A stretch of 64,000 nucleotides of DNA from an uncultured Fibrobacteria bacterium (GTDB lineage Bacteria > Fibrobacterota > Fibrobacteria > UBA11236). The stretch's first letter is position 1; the number at the start of each line of letters is the position of its first letter. Positions 11,801 to 23,038 of this stretch are shown in pieces. The stretch is from contig OY970309.1 of the NCBI GenBank assembly GCA_963716395.1, forward strand, positions 3,648,001 to 3,712,000. The letters are read 5' to 3'. Below the pieces are notes generated by a model. The model had not been told where the DNA came from. It did not search any database and saw only the letters and a program-made list of their open reading frames with translations. Made by a program: the position numbers and the translations under genes.

Positions 11801-12040
11801 CGAATCGTAGGGGACATAATCGCGATGCGCGTGTTCAAAGAAAGTCCCCACTTCGGTTTTGCCGTCGGAATAATAGACCACCGATTCGCGGCCCAGGATT
11901 TGCAGAATGCCGTCGCGGGTAAAAACGTTCCCGGGATTTTGGCGAATGGCGATTTGAAAGGCGATGAAAGCAGCCGCGGCCACCAGCAATGCCAAAATGC
12001 CGGCGGCCATCGCCCAAGAAATCCAACCACTGCGACGCAT
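8849..12040 (-). CDS. class A penicillin-binding protein (PBP1A-like transglycosylase/transpeptidase) with large insertions
   Basis: N-terminal TM; GT51 motifs EDHGFWEHG, GGSSLTQQTAKN, KQEILEFYLN; transpeptidase motifs SSFK, SEN, KTGT. Confidence 0.9.
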   Translation of the reverse strand: MRRSGWISWAMAAGILALLVAAAAFIAFQIAIRQNPGNVFTRDGILQILGRESVVYYSDGKTEVGTFFEHAHRDYVPYDSIPPLLVNALIAAEDHGFWEHGPVDFKGILLAALDDLKSGSLRRGGSSLTQQTAKNLFGRSGRNLLGKVQELINAYRLERHFSKQEILEFYLNQFYVAGNGHGVRIAARYFFNKDLRDLNLLECAFIAGSVKGPNQYNPFIQETAEKRQAALRRGRYRIAYVLKQMRNQGKISDSAYRAAVSQTLVFRRGAFRYGLSTNIVKVKHLLDNPQMQAVLQQYDVDDYMTAGLRIYTTLNPDIQRATEYAVYSNLWKLDLMLRGYHPPRDSTPDLLTRFAPGAFYTGRVMDLEWQRGTPYALHVRFGALTGAVPQAALETFFQQWNRHQSTAYAGLPAKKAMQNFAAQYLQPGQTVLCGVPYHTPEEMASGKVDLAAELDLAQKPELQGAAQVLQDGKVLANVGGFGNTGYDRVNQAKRQFGSSFKPLVYAAALGLGWKPFDPLPNHRQYFRLGDLFYFPKPDHPPEDTVSLAWAGRRSENIASVYLLFHLFDKTDFARFWQECRGIHLAPESFAMQGDFAVFVRDSLGLVLDDEHLRELRYHQIVNDLAIDLTFEGRLQEADQLRSLPYGAGFARERQKYEGSRDPEDAIRLQLLQRSYLDFVDCAMEWRRGYPENEQMVLARRSSDGRLGIFTRLPDAEWKTVPRDATPLPAEDSLLVQGEITMETLQRVSDSLHVGDTGVPAAARYTKENLFASPDFRAMAALRYIVAFSHKLGLTSTLDPVLSYPLGVNVVTLGELINAYQVFQDGCVYRTRFGQPQLYIDRITTAEGQVIFQDTAQPMPVISDRTRYELEAILGSVVEGGTGQRIGRELRMPLGSGASVAEVPVPAFGKTGTTNDYRNGAFLGFIAAPEAPGKGFDPAAGYTLGVYTGFDDNAPMTHPGFRGTGAWVAVPAWLALAQTMVKLEDYSTRVDTLDLETIASGQPPWFDREQYHRVWVSRRTGLPLAAPADSAATTNYSEDVSDELGPGETSGKNPAAASVWIREE

Positions 12041-12196
12041 CTTGTTTCGGGAAAGCTGGAAGTTTAGGAATCCGAACCGCGCATCTCAAAAATCATTCCC
12101 TTCGCCTCGTTTCGCTGTGCGCCGTCGGTTTTCCTAACTATAATTCTCATCCACTTGCGGAGGGAAATTCCGTTCGGCGGTGCCCCAAGCCCCTTC

Positions 12197-12288
12197 GGAG
12201 AGGTGGCCGAGCTGGTCGAAGGCGGCGGTTTGCTAAACCGCTGTAGGAGTGAATGCTTCTACCAAGGGTTCGAATCCCTTCCTCTCCG
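12197..12288 (+). tRNA. tRNA-Ser(GCT)
   Basis: GGAGAGG/CCTCTCC acceptor stem, anticodon arm GCGGT-TTGCTAA-ACCGC, long variable arm, GGTTCGAATCC T-arm; no encoded CCA. Confidence 0.95.
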
Positions 12289-12335
12289 CGGCCTGGGACC
12301 GTTCCGGGCCGGAACCCGTCCCTCCCCAACCGAGT

Positions 12336-13823
12336 ATGAATTCGCAACCGAATCCAACACGTGTTCGCGTCCGCTTCGCTCCCAGCCCCACCGGCTACTT
12401 GCATGTGGGCGGAGCCCGTACCGCCATTTTCAACTGGCTGTTCGCGCGCCATACGGGCGGAGATTTTCTCTTGCGCATCGAAGACACCGATCAATCCCGC
12501 TATGACGAAAAAGCCCTGCACGCCCTGATCGCCGATTTGAAGTGGCTGGGGCTGAACTGGGATGAAGGCCCCGAAATCGGCGGACCACATGCTCCCTATT
12601 TTCAATCGCAGCGACTGAGCCATTACCGGCAATGCGCGCAAGAGCTGATCGAAGCGGGCCATGCCTATCCCTGTTTCTGCACCACCGAACGCCTCGAAGC
12701 CCTGCGCGAGCAGCAAAGGCTGAACAATCTGCCGTCGAACTATGATCGCCTGTGCCGCAACCTTCCCGTCGACACGGCGCGCCAGCGCATGGCCGAGGAA
12801 AAATTCGTGGTGCGCTTCAAGTCGCCCTTTCACGGCACCACCCATTTCATAGATTTCATCCGCGGGCCCATCGAATATCAGAACCGCGTTCTCGACGATT
12901 TGGTGCTGCTGAAAAGCGACGGCTTTCCCACCTACCATCTCGCCAATGTGGTGGACGATCACCGCATGGAAATCTCCCACGTGCTGCGCGGCGACGAATG
13001 GATTCCCAGCACCCCGCGGCATGTGCTTTTGTACCAGGCCCTGGGCTGGCAACCGCCGGTGTTCTGCCATCTGCCGGTGATCCTGGCCGAAGGCGGGGGC
13101 AAATTGAGCAAGCGCAAAGGCGCGGCTTCGGTGGGCGACTACCGCGATTTGGGCTACTTGCCCGAAGCCTTGGTGAACTTTCTGTCCTTGCTGGGCTGGA
13201 GCCCGGGCGAAGACCAGGAGTTCATGGAAAAAGCCGAATTGATCCAACGCTTTTCCCTGGAACGCGTCCATCCCAAAAGCGCGGTGTTCGACGAACGCAA
13301 ATTGGAATGGCTGAACGGCCAGTATTTTCTGCGCCGCGACGCGGCCTACTTTCCGCCTTTGCTCAAACCGCTGTGGGAGAAAGCGGGCATTCCGGTCGAA
13401 ACGCTGACCGAAAGCGCCATGCTCAAGGCCGCGTCTTTGCTGAAAGACCGCTCCAAACGGCTGCCCGACTTCGTGGAATTCGGCCGCTACTTTTTTCAAG
13501 ACCCCGAAGCCTATGAAGAAAAGGCACGCCGCAAACACTTTGTTCCCGGCGCCGAAACTTTGCTCGACGAATTGATCCGGGCTTTGGAAGCGCTCGACGA
13601 TTTCTCACCGGCCGCTTTGGAGGCTTGCTACCGCAACGTGGCCGAAGGTTTGAGCCGCAAGGCGGCCGACCTCATCCACCCTACCCGTTTGGCCATCTCC
13701 GGGATTTCATTCGGCCCCGGTCTGTTTGAACTTATGTCGGCTTTGGGGCGCGAAACCGTTTTGCGTCGCCTGAGCAAAGCCGCCGCCTCCATCCGCGCCG
13801 CAGCTTTGTCGACCCCGACTTAA
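12336..13823 (+). CDS. gltX: glutamate--tRNA ligase
   Basis: RFAPSPTGYLHVGG (HIGH), LRIEDTD, PTYHLANVVDD, KLSKR. Confidence 0.97.
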   Translation: MNSQPNPTRVRVRFAPSPTGYLHVGGARTAIFNWLFARHTGGDFLLRIEDTDQSRYDEKALHALIADLKWLGLNWDEGPEIGGPHAPYFQSQRLSHYRQCAQELIEAGHAYPCFCTTERLEALREQQRLNNLPSNYDRLCRNLPVDTARQRMAEEKFVVRFKSPFHGTTHFIDFIRGPIEYQNRVLDDLVLLKSDGFPTYHLANVVDDHRMEISHVLRGDEWIPSTPRHVLLYQALGWQPPVFCHLPVILAEGGGKLSKRKGAASVGDYRDLGYLPEALVNFLSLLGWSPGEDQEFMEKAELIQRFSLERVHPKSAVFDERKLEWLNGQYFLRRDAAYFPPLLKPLWEKAGIPVETLTESAMLKAASLLKDRSKRLPDFVEFGRYFFQDPEAYEEKARRKHFVPGAETLLDELIRALEALDDFSPAALEACYRNVAEGLSRKAADLIHPTRLAISGISFGPGLFELMSALGRETVLRRLSKAAASIRAAALSTPT

Positions 13824-13840
13824 GCCCCGCACTTTTTGCT

Positions 13841-14962
13841 TTAGTCGAGCGGTTTGCCCTGAGCCCAATCGCGCAGCAGCGCGGCCACGTCGGCGCGCTC
13901 CGGGCTGCGTGCATTGCGCACATACCATCCCGAAGTGCCGACGCCGCAATACAACGCGTCGCGCGGCGCAAGGCCGGCCATGAGGCCGCTGGTAAACCCG
14001 CCGTTGAAGTGATCGCCCGCGCCCGTGGAGAGCTTGGGATTGGGACAATACGGCCCGTCGACTCCAGCCGATACGCCGTCGATCCAAGCCCCGGCGCATC
14101 GCAAGGCATGGACCACCACGCCGAAAATCCCCATGGTCTGGGCGATACGCACGGCCGCGGCTTCGACGCTGGCCGCATTTTCCTGCGGCATGTCCCGCAG
14201 GCCGAGCGCGTCGCTGACCTGTTCGGCTTCGCGTAGGTTCAATCCGAGAATGCAGGGTGCCTTGGCGTTCAAAGCGCGGATTTGCCGTAGCACCTGTTCC
14301 AAATCCTGCCGTGGCCGCTTTTCCGGATCGGTCAAATCGAAAAAGAGCTTCACCTTGGAGCCGGTTGGAAGCAGCACGGCCAGGCGATCGAATACGTCGC
14401 CCATTTCCGTCAGCATGGTCCAATTGGTACAGACCACCATATCGGAGGCGAGAATCAGAGCACGAAACCGCTCCGCGCCCATTACGCCTTCGATGCGCTT
14501 CCAACTTACGTCGCGCAGGGTCTGAAGCTTCCCCAGCATCAGCTTGCCGTCTTGGAATTCCAGCGCATCGGTGTGGCCGGGGTTTCCCAAGGAAATCACC
14601 TCGGCTTTACTCGCCAACGGATCAAAGACCGGAAGCACCTTGGGATATCCAAGCAAACCGATGCAGGTGACCCGGCTTCCCAAGTTCGCCACCGCCATCG
14701 ACATCAGGGGGCCATTGCCTCCCATTTTGATTTGGATGGGAACCAGTTCGATGTTGGCGGATTTTCCCGCGGCCGAACTGACGCGGGCCGAAAAATCCGC
14801 GATGGTTGAGACGCGATCGTAATCGTCGATGCTACGACGCGTTTCCACCGCGTGCAGGATTTCGTCGACAAAGCCATCGAATCCAATGGTGAAGCGGGTT
14901 TTGGACAAGGCCGCTTCCGCTTTTTCCAAAGCCGCAGCGGCCTGTAAAATTTCATCTTTCAT
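13841..14962 (-). CDS. PfkB/ribokinase-family carbohydrate kinase
   Basis: GGNG near N-terminus, NLREA, C-terminal STGAGDHFNGGF signature. Confidence 0.8.
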   Translation of the reverse strand: MKDEILQAAAALEKAEAALSKTRFTIGFDGFVDEILHAVETRRSIDDYDRVSTIADFSARVSSAAGKSANIELVPIQIKMGGNGPLMSMAVANLGSRVTCIGLLGYPKVLPVFDPLASKAEVISLGNPGHTDALEFQDGKLMLGKLQTLRDVSWKRIEGVMGAERFRALILASDMVVCTNWTMLTEMGDVFDRLAVLLPTGSKVKLFFDLTDPEKRPRQDLEQVLRQIRALNAKAPCILGLNLREAEQVSDALGLRDMPQENAASVEAAAVRIAQTMGIFGVVVHALRCAGAWIDGVSAGVDGPYCPNPKLSTGAGDHFNGGFTSGLMAGLAPRDALYCGVGTSGWYVRNARSPERADVAALLRDWAQGKPLD

Positions 14963-15005
14963 CAAAGCAGGCACTTTGAATCCTTCCGTGTCGAAGTAGG
15001 GCCGT

Positions 15006-15350
15006 CTAGCGATTCAACGCCATGTCGAGACTGGGAAACAGGGGAACCATTTCGGTGATACCCGCGATTTCCAAGACGTCGACCACATGATCATTCTGAC
15101 AGGCCAGTTTCAATTCGCATTGGTTCTCCAGCCCCCATTTGATGAGGCGCGAGAATTCTCCCAACGCCACACTGGAAATCAAGGTGACTCCCATGCAGTC
15201 AAACACCACCTTGGAAGGATGTTCGATGCGCAAGCGGGAAAACTCCTGCCGCAGTAAATCTATGACCTCAAACGTGGCGTCGCCGATGATTTCCACCACC
15301 GTGTGTCCCTTTTTCTGGAAAGAGCGGCAAGAAAAAGCGGTCTTTCCCAT
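15006..15350 (-). CDS. STAS-domain protein (anti-sigma factor antagonist)
   Basis: VVFDCMGVTLISSVALG phosphoserine motif, VLEIAGI, 114 aa. Confidence 0.8.
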   Translation of the reverse strand: MGKTAFSCRSFQKKGHTVVEIIGDATFEVIDLLRQEFSRLRIEHPSKVVFDCMGVTLISSVALGEFSRLIKWGLENQCELKLACQNDHVVDVLEIAGITEMVPLFPSLDMALNR

Positions 15351-15424
15351 TTTATGTACTCATGGCGGCGAAGGTTTCAAAATTACAACATTTACAAGGT
15401 AATTCTCAGAATTAATCCATTTCC

Positions 15425-17411
<1,987 letters not shown>

Positions 17412-17471
17412 CCTTGCTCCTTTAGGAAAAACCCACCGAGTTGGCAGGCTGATGGTTATGGCAGCAACACC

Positions 17472-17487
17472 ATCAATCCTTGTGCCA
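17472..17487 (-). promoter_or_regulatory. putative sigma54 promoter for porin1-P-II
   Basis: Minus strand TGGCAC-AAGGA-TTGAT; correct -24/-12 spacing but GA at -12. Confidence 0.55.
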
Positions 17488-17909
17488 TCGCGAAATCAAA
17501 ATGAAAAACGCAGAATTCCGTTTAAATTATTGGAAATAGAATCTCCATGACGACATGCGATACCCCCGCAAAAATGACAGTGAGAATGCACAGATCGGCA
17601 CATTTGTTAACAATAACGGCGAAGTAAGGCGCAATAGCTGATGGCATCGATTAAATGATGACATTGTGTTTTCTTTGCGTTTTTAACAAAATCCCCTTTA
17701 TAACTGGTTTTATTGAAGAGTTTCCCAGAGATTCCTTAACTTGGGAAGTCGAGGTCTGATACGAGTTTCCGACGCTGTCGAGAAATGTCCACCCCGCCGG
17801 CGGCAGGTCTGAGCCGGTTGTAGTGGAGGTCGGGGGGAATGCACCCGCGGTGGAATGGTTTCGGGCCGGTAGCTAAAACCGATGTCCTTTACGCACAGAC
17901 ACTTAGACT

Positions 17910-18695
17910 TCAAACAGGATCTGCTTCACGCCAAGCCGCCAATAAATGCTCGGCAATATCTGGAATTCCTTTGCCGGCATTGACTTGAGCGAAGAGAAAG
18001 GGCCCTGGACCGCGCATGCGGGCCGCATCGCTGCGCATCACTTCCAAATCGGCACCTACATACGGGGCCAAGTCGATTTTGTTGATGACGAGCAAATCGC
18101 TTTGCGTGATGCCGGGCCCGCCCTTGCGGGGAATTTTGTCGCCACCGGAGACGTCGATTACGTACACGGTGTAATCGGCCAGGTCGCGGCCGAAATGGGC
18201 GGCCAGATTGTCACCCCCGCTTTCCACCAAAAGGAGATCGATGGCGCCGTCGAAACGGCGCATCAGTTCTTCGCACGCATCGAGGTTCGAAGACACGTCT
18301 TCGCGAATGGCCGCATGCGGACACCCCCCGGTTTCCACGGCTAGAATTCTTTCCGCGGGCAGGGCCTGATGGCGGGTCAGAAATTCTCCGTCCTCGCGCG
18401 TGAAGATGTCGTTGGTCACGACACCGAGGCTGTACGTGTCTCGCAGCGTCTCGCACAGCGCCTTGACCAGCGCGGTTTTCCCCGATCCCACCGGTCCGCC
18501 GATCCCCACGGTAAACGCCCGACGTTTGAAATCGCGATCGCCGCGCATCAATTCCCGCAGCCGGTATTGTCCCGGTGAATCCCAATGTTCATGCGTATGC
18601 GCCGGGCCTGCGTGTGGATGGTCATGGTCATGGGCGTGAAGCGTTCCATCGCCGTGTCGATGCAAAAGATCAGGCCGGTCTTTTCGAGTTTCCAT
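17910..18695 (-). CDS. ureG: urease accessory GTPase UreG with His-rich N-terminal extension
   Basis: [45 protein letters not shown]. Confidence 0.97.
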   Translation of the reverse strand: METRKDRPDLLHRHGDGTLHAHDHDHPHAGPAHTHEHWDSPGQYRLRELMRGDRDFKRRAFTVGIGGPVGSGKTALVKALCETLRDTYSLGVVTNDIFTREDGEFLTRHQALPAERILAVETGGCPHAAIREDVSSNLDACEELMRRFDGAIDLLLVESGGDNLAAHFGRDLADYTVYVIDVSGGDKIPRKGGPGITQSDLLVINKIDLAPYVGADLEVMRSDAARMRGPGPFLFAQVNAGKGIPDIAEHLLAAWREADPV

Positions 18696-18701
18696 GGTGC
18701 C

Positions 18702-19382
18702 TCAATTCTGAAACAGGCGGCTATATAAGAATTGGTGGCAGCCCTGCCCCACTTCGAGCAGCGGGGCGGTTTTCCACGCCGCCTCATGCCGCAGTTTGGC
18801 GTATTCGGGCAAGGTGCTTTGGGCCTTGGCCAGCAAGCGCGATTGCAAAGCCTGCGCGGCGCGCGGACCCAGCAGCCCCAAACGCACGGTCGCGCTGATT
18901 TGATCGCGCACTTGCAAATACACATACAGGGATTGCGCCTCTGCCAATTCGGCGCCGAGCGCAGCCAGAGCAAACCCCAACAGCGGCAGAAAATGCGCGG
19001 GCCGGGATTCGCGCTCCAGGACAACCTGCAACCCGAACAAATCGGGATGGGCATAAAGGCTCACGAGCAGATCCAAAAGGGTTTTACCCTGCCGCAGCGA
19101 AGCCTTACGCATGGCTTGATTGCAAAAACAGGCGTCCCATTCCCACAACAAGGCCGGAAGAAAGTTCGACTCCTGCTCCCGGGCCGCGTAGGCTGAATTC
19201 AAATACGGCAAGTCTTGCGACAGGGCTTGGGCCGCATAGGCTTCAAGATACTGCTCCAGCGCCTCACCACTTTCAAAGCACCCGGCGCACGCCAAACCTT
19301 CGAGGCCGCTGCTGTAGGCAAAGGCGCCGGTGGGAAAAGCCGAATCGGCCAGGTGCAGCAAATCGGTCAAGGCGATTGGCAT
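18702..19382 (-). CDS. ureF: urease accessory protein UreF
   Basis: LADSAFPTGAFAYSSGLE, VRLGLLGP, C-terminal YSRLFQN. Confidence 0.92.
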   Translation of the reverse strand: MPIALTDLLHLADSAFPTGAFAYSSGLEGLACAGCFESGEALEQYLEAYAAQALSQDLPYLNSAYAAREQESNFLPALLWEWDACFCNQAMRKASLRQGKTLLDLLVSLYAHPDLFGLQVVLERESRPAHFLPLLGFALAALGAELAEAQSLYVYLQVRDQISATVRLGLLGPRAAQALQSRLLAKAQSTLPEYAKLRHEAAWKTAPLLEVGQGCHQFLYSRLFQN

Positions 19383-19405
19383 CGACGTCACCTCTCGGCT
19401 ACAGC

Positions 19406-21121
19406 TCAGAACAGGTGATAACGCTGCGCCAGCGGCAGCACCCGGGCCGGCTCGCAAGTGAGCAATTCGCCGTCGGCATGCACGGCATAGGTTTCGGCGT
19501 CGACCGTGATTTCGGGCAGAGCGTCGTTCAGCCGCATGTTGCGTTTGCCCAGGTTGCGGCAATTTTTTACGGGCGTCACGTTTTTCCTCAATCCATAACG
19601 GGAGCGCACCAGCTCCTGCGACGCGGCGGAGACGAAGGCCAGGCTGCAGGCGCCGGCCGCCGCGCCCATGGCGCCGAACATGGGCCGCGAGTAATAAGGC
19701 TGCGGCGTGGGGATGGACGCATTGGGGTCGCCCATTTGCGCCTGCGCGATGATGCCGCCCTTGAGCACCAGCTCGGGGCGAATGCCGAAAAAGGCGGGTT
19801 TCCACAGCACGAGGTCGGCCCATTTGCCCGCTTCGATGGAACCGATTTCATGCGCCATGCCATGAGCCACGGCCGGATTGATGGTGTACTTGGCGAGATA
19901 GCGCTTGACGCGAAAATTGTCGGCGCCCGTGCCGCGATCGGCGTCCAGCGCGCCGCGCTGGGCGCGCATCTTATGCGCGGTTTGCCAGGTGCGGCACACC
20001 ACTTCGCCCACGCGGCCCATGGCCTGCGAATCCGAAGACATCATGGAAATGGCGCCGAGATCGTGGAGGATGTCTTCAGCGGCGATGGTTTCTCCGCGAA
20101 TGCGGCTCTCGGCAAAGGCCACGTCTTCGGGAATGCTGGGATCGAGATGGTGGCATACCATGAGCATGTCGAGATGTTCGGCCAAGGTGTTCACCGTGAA
20201 CGGCCGGGTGGGGTTGGTCGACGAGGGCAGCACGTTCGGCAAGCCGCAAACGCGGATGATATCGGGCGCATGGCCCCCGCCCGCGCCTTCGGTGTGGAAG
20301 GTATGGATGGTGCGGCCCTTGAACGCCGCGATGGTGGCCTCCACAAAGCCCGATTCGTTCAAAGTGTCGGTGTGGATGGCGACCTGGACGTCGTAGCGCT
20401 CGGCCACACCCAAACAGCAGTCGATGGCCGCCGGCGTCGTGCCCCAATCTTCGTGCAGCTTGAGCCCCACGGCGCCAGCCTGAATCTGTTCGTCCAGCCC
20501 TTCGGGCCGCGACGCGTTGCCCTTGCCGAGAAAGCCGAAATTCAGGGCATAGCGATCCGTGGCCGACAACATCATCTCGAGGTGCAAGGCGCCGGGCGTG
20601 CAGGTGGTGGCGTTAGTGCCGGTGGCCGGACCAGTTCCACCACCAATCATGGTGGTTATTCCCGAGGCCAGTGCTTCGTCGATTTGCTGCGGGCAGATGA
20701 AATGAATGTGGCTGTCGATACCGCCGGCCGTGAGGATCAGGCCTTCGCCGGCAATCACTTCGGTGGTGGCGCCCACGACCAGGTTCGGGTCGACGCCGTC
20801 CATAATGTGGGGATTGCCGGCCTTGCCGATGCCGTGGATGCGATGGTTTTTGACGCCCACATCGGCCTTGTAAATGCCGGTGTAGTCCACGATCAAGGCA
20901 TTGGTGATGAGCAGGTCCAGAGCCTGGGCCTGCGGCACGCCTGCAGCCTGCCCCATGCCGTCGCGCAGCACCTTGCCGCCCCCGAACTTGCACTCTTCAC
21001 CGTAACGCGTGGCGTCGCGTTCCACGGCGATCACCAAACCCGTGTCCCCCAACCGAACCCGGTCGCCGGTGGTGGGGCCGTACATGTCGTTATAGGCCCG
21101 CCGGCTGATTTCCAAACTCAT
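19406..21121 (-). CDS. ureC: urease alpha subunit
   Basis: [35 protein letters not shown] flap, SSDSQAMGR. Confidence 0.98.
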   Translation of the reverse strand: MSLEISRRAYNDMYGPTTGDRVRLGDTGLVIAVERDATRYGEECKFGGGKVLRDGMGQAAGVPQAQALDLLITNALIVDYTGIYKADVGVKNHRIHGIGKAGNPHIMDGVDPNLVVGATTEVIAGEGLILTAGGIDSHIHFICPQQIDEALASGITTMIGGGTGPATGTNATTCTPGALHLEMMLSATDRYALNFGFLGKGNASRPEGLDEQIQAGAVGLKLHEDWGTTPAAIDCCLGVAERYDVQVAIHTDTLNESGFVEATIAAFKGRTIHTFHTEGAGGGHAPDIIRVCGLPNVLPSSTNPTRPFTVNTLAEHLDMLMVCHHLDPSIPEDVAFAESRIRGETIAAEDILHDLGAISMMSSDSQAMGRVGEVVCRTWQTAHKMRAQRGALDADRGTGADNFRVKRYLAKYTINPAVAHGMAHEIGSIEAGKWADLVLWKPAFFGIRPELVLKGGIIAQAQMGDPNASIPTPQPYYSRPMFGAMGAAAGACSLAFVSAASQELVRSRYGLRKNVTPVKNCRNLGKRNMRLNDALPEITVDAETYAVHADGELLTCEPARVLPLAQRYHLF

Positions 21122-21900
21122 GCTGACGCCTCCGCATTCAGGAATCCCCGCTCTTGCGCGCGCCGCAAAGCGGCCTCGGTATTGAGGCCGTCGACCGCGC
21201 CCATGATCAAGCCGCTGCCGCCGTAAACTTTGCGCTCGCCGCCCAGCGCGATCAGGCGCACGCTTTTGCGCTCGCCCGGCTCAAAGCGCACGGCCGTGCC
21301 GCTGGGAATGTCGAGACGAAACCCGAGCGCGCGGGCGCGATCGAATTTCAAGGCGGCGTTGGTTTCAAACAGAGGATAATGCGACCCGACTTGAATGGGC
21401 CGGTTGCCGAGATTGATCACCTCGAGGGTGATGGTTTCGCCGCCGGCATTGAGCGCCACTTGGCCTTCCAGCACGGTGACGGCGCCGGGCTCCTCGATTT
21501 CTTCGACGGTATCCGCCGGCGCCTCGTCGGGTACCGGCACCGCGGCCGATAGGGAAAGACCCGAGCCGTACAGCGCCAGGTCGAGGGGACAGGCGTCGAG
21601 ACAAATGGGCGCATGTACGGTCACCAGTTTGGTGCCGTCGGGAAAGGTGCCTTCGACCTGCACTTCGTCCACCATTTCGGGAACTCCCGGCATGACCTGG
21701 GCGCGGCCCAACAACCTTTTTCCCGTGTCCATCAAGGTCGCGACATCTTTTCCGTCGCGAATGAATTCGAGCAATTGTGCAGCGATCAATGCTACGGCTT
21801 CGGGATAGTTCAGGCGCACCCCGCGCCACAAACGCTTTTGGGCCAGAAAGCCCGCACCGTGCAGCAGAAGTTTATCGATGTCTCTGGGCGATAGCCGCAT
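21118..21900 (-). CDS. ureAB: fused urease gamma/beta subunit
   Basis: Gamma motifs LNYPEA and [16 protein letters not shown] plus beta motifs RPIQVGSHY and [14 protein letters not shown] in one 260-aa ORF. Confidence 0.95.
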   Translation of the reverse strand: MRLSPRDIDKLLLHGAGFLAQKRLWRGVRLNYPEAVALIAAQLLEFIRDGKDVATLMDTGKRLLGRAQVMPGVPEMVDEVQVEGTFPDGTKLVTVHAPICLDACPLDLALYGSGLSLSAAVPVPDEAPADTVEEIEEPGAVTVLEGQVALNAGGETITLEVINLGNRPIQVGSHYPLFETNAALKFDRARALGFRLDIPSGTAVRFEPGERKSVRLIALGGERKVYGGSGLIMGAVDGLNTEAALRRAQERGFLNAEASA

Positions 21901-21929
21901 GCAACCCCCTTTTTGTCTTCAGAAAGTCT

Positions 21930-22754
21930 TCAGTACTTCCGTTTCCAAGGATCAAAATCCAGCCAATCCGATCCGCCAACCGCGGCAAAGACCGCGGCTG
22001 CGAGTGGATCCAAGGCCGTGCGATCCGCGCCTAAGGCGCGCACCGAGAATCCCAGGCCCGGGCGCATGCCGAGACCGGCCAGCACACCCCCGGTATTCCA
22101 TTTGTCTTTCATCCACGCCTGCATGCTCACGCCGAGGTTTTCGACCCCTGGCCCCAACACGTGCACGGTGAAATAAGAGGCGAAACCGCCCCATCCCCGG
22201 TCGGCCGAATCCCTGGCATTCAATTGCATCCGATCCAAGAGCAGCGGCTTTCCGTCGACATCCGTGACCTTGGTTTCCAATCGGCATTCCTCGAAGGCGA
22301 ACCTTTCGCCACGTTCCAAACGACCGGCCACCAGCCATTCCATCAACAACAAACGGCCGCCCGGGTGCAAAACCCAGTGCTGACTTTGGGCATAGCGGGA
22401 ACCGGCATATAAAACCACCGGGTCTCCGCCGGACGCGACCAATGCCCCAGGAAAAACCGTGCCACGCATGCATTGCTTCGTGATCTCTCCTTTGGGACAG
22501 GGAAAGATACGCGTATTCGATTGGGGCAATAGCGCCAGCCGGGCTTCCGGCCCGCAATCCACTGTATAGTGAAAGTCGTCCCCTTCCAGCAGCCCCCCTC
22601 CAAAAGTGGTAATAAACACCAAGGCGGAATCACCCGCATTAGCCTGAACCAATCGCACCGGGGGTCGGGCTAAGCACTGCGAAATAATGGTTCTTTTCCC
22701 AATCCTGCGCGCGGCCAAGATATTTTCGGAATTTCTCCGAATCGCAGTTAACAC
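21930..22754 (-). CDS. ureD: urease accessory protein UreD (start uncertain)
   Basis: TFGGGLLEGD, PQSNTRI, DPVVLYAGSRYAQ, GRLERGERFAF; first gene of the ure cluster. Confidence 0.85.
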   Translation of the reverse strand: MLTAIRRNSENILAARRIGKRTIISQCLARPPVRLVQANAGDSALVFITTFGGGLLEGDDFHYTVDCGPEARLALLPQSNTRIFPCPKGEITKQCMRGTVFPGALVASGGDPVVLYAGSRYAQSQHWVLHPGGRLLLMEWLVAGRLERGERFAFEECRLETKVTDVDGKPLLLDRMQLNARDSADRGWGGFASYFTVHVLGPGVENLGVSMQAWMKDKWNTGGVLAGLGMRPGLGFSVRALGADRTALDPLAAAVFAAVGGSDWLDFDPWKRKY

Positions 22755-22955
22755 TTTAACAACCTTGCGTTACATATCCGCACAAATATCAACTTTTTGC
22801 CTTTCTGCTACGAATTGGAACGCCGTTCTGGGATGCATTTTCGGGGTGAATGAACCTTTGAAAGACCCATTCGCAGAATCCGATCCTAAGATATACCCGA
22901 AAAATGGGCAAAGCCGATTTGATCTCCGCATTCGGCAAAAGCGAAAACCTGACCA

Positions 22956-22971
22956 TGGCACCTTAATTGCT
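22956..22971 (+). promoter_or_regulatory. sigma54 promoter of urtABCDE
   Basis: TGGCAC-CTTAA-TTGCT, perfect -24/-12 consensus, about 68 nt upstream of urtA. Confidence 0.85.
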
Positions 22972-23038
22972 TTTCGGTTTCATGCTCAAGCCTTGCTGAT
23001 GCACGGTATTCAAAGCAAACCAAATAAAAGGAGATCGC

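Noticed and set aside
19376-21226. 616-aa plus-strand ORF
   Set aside because: Antisense shadow of ureC caused by high-GC codon bias; no recognisable motifs.
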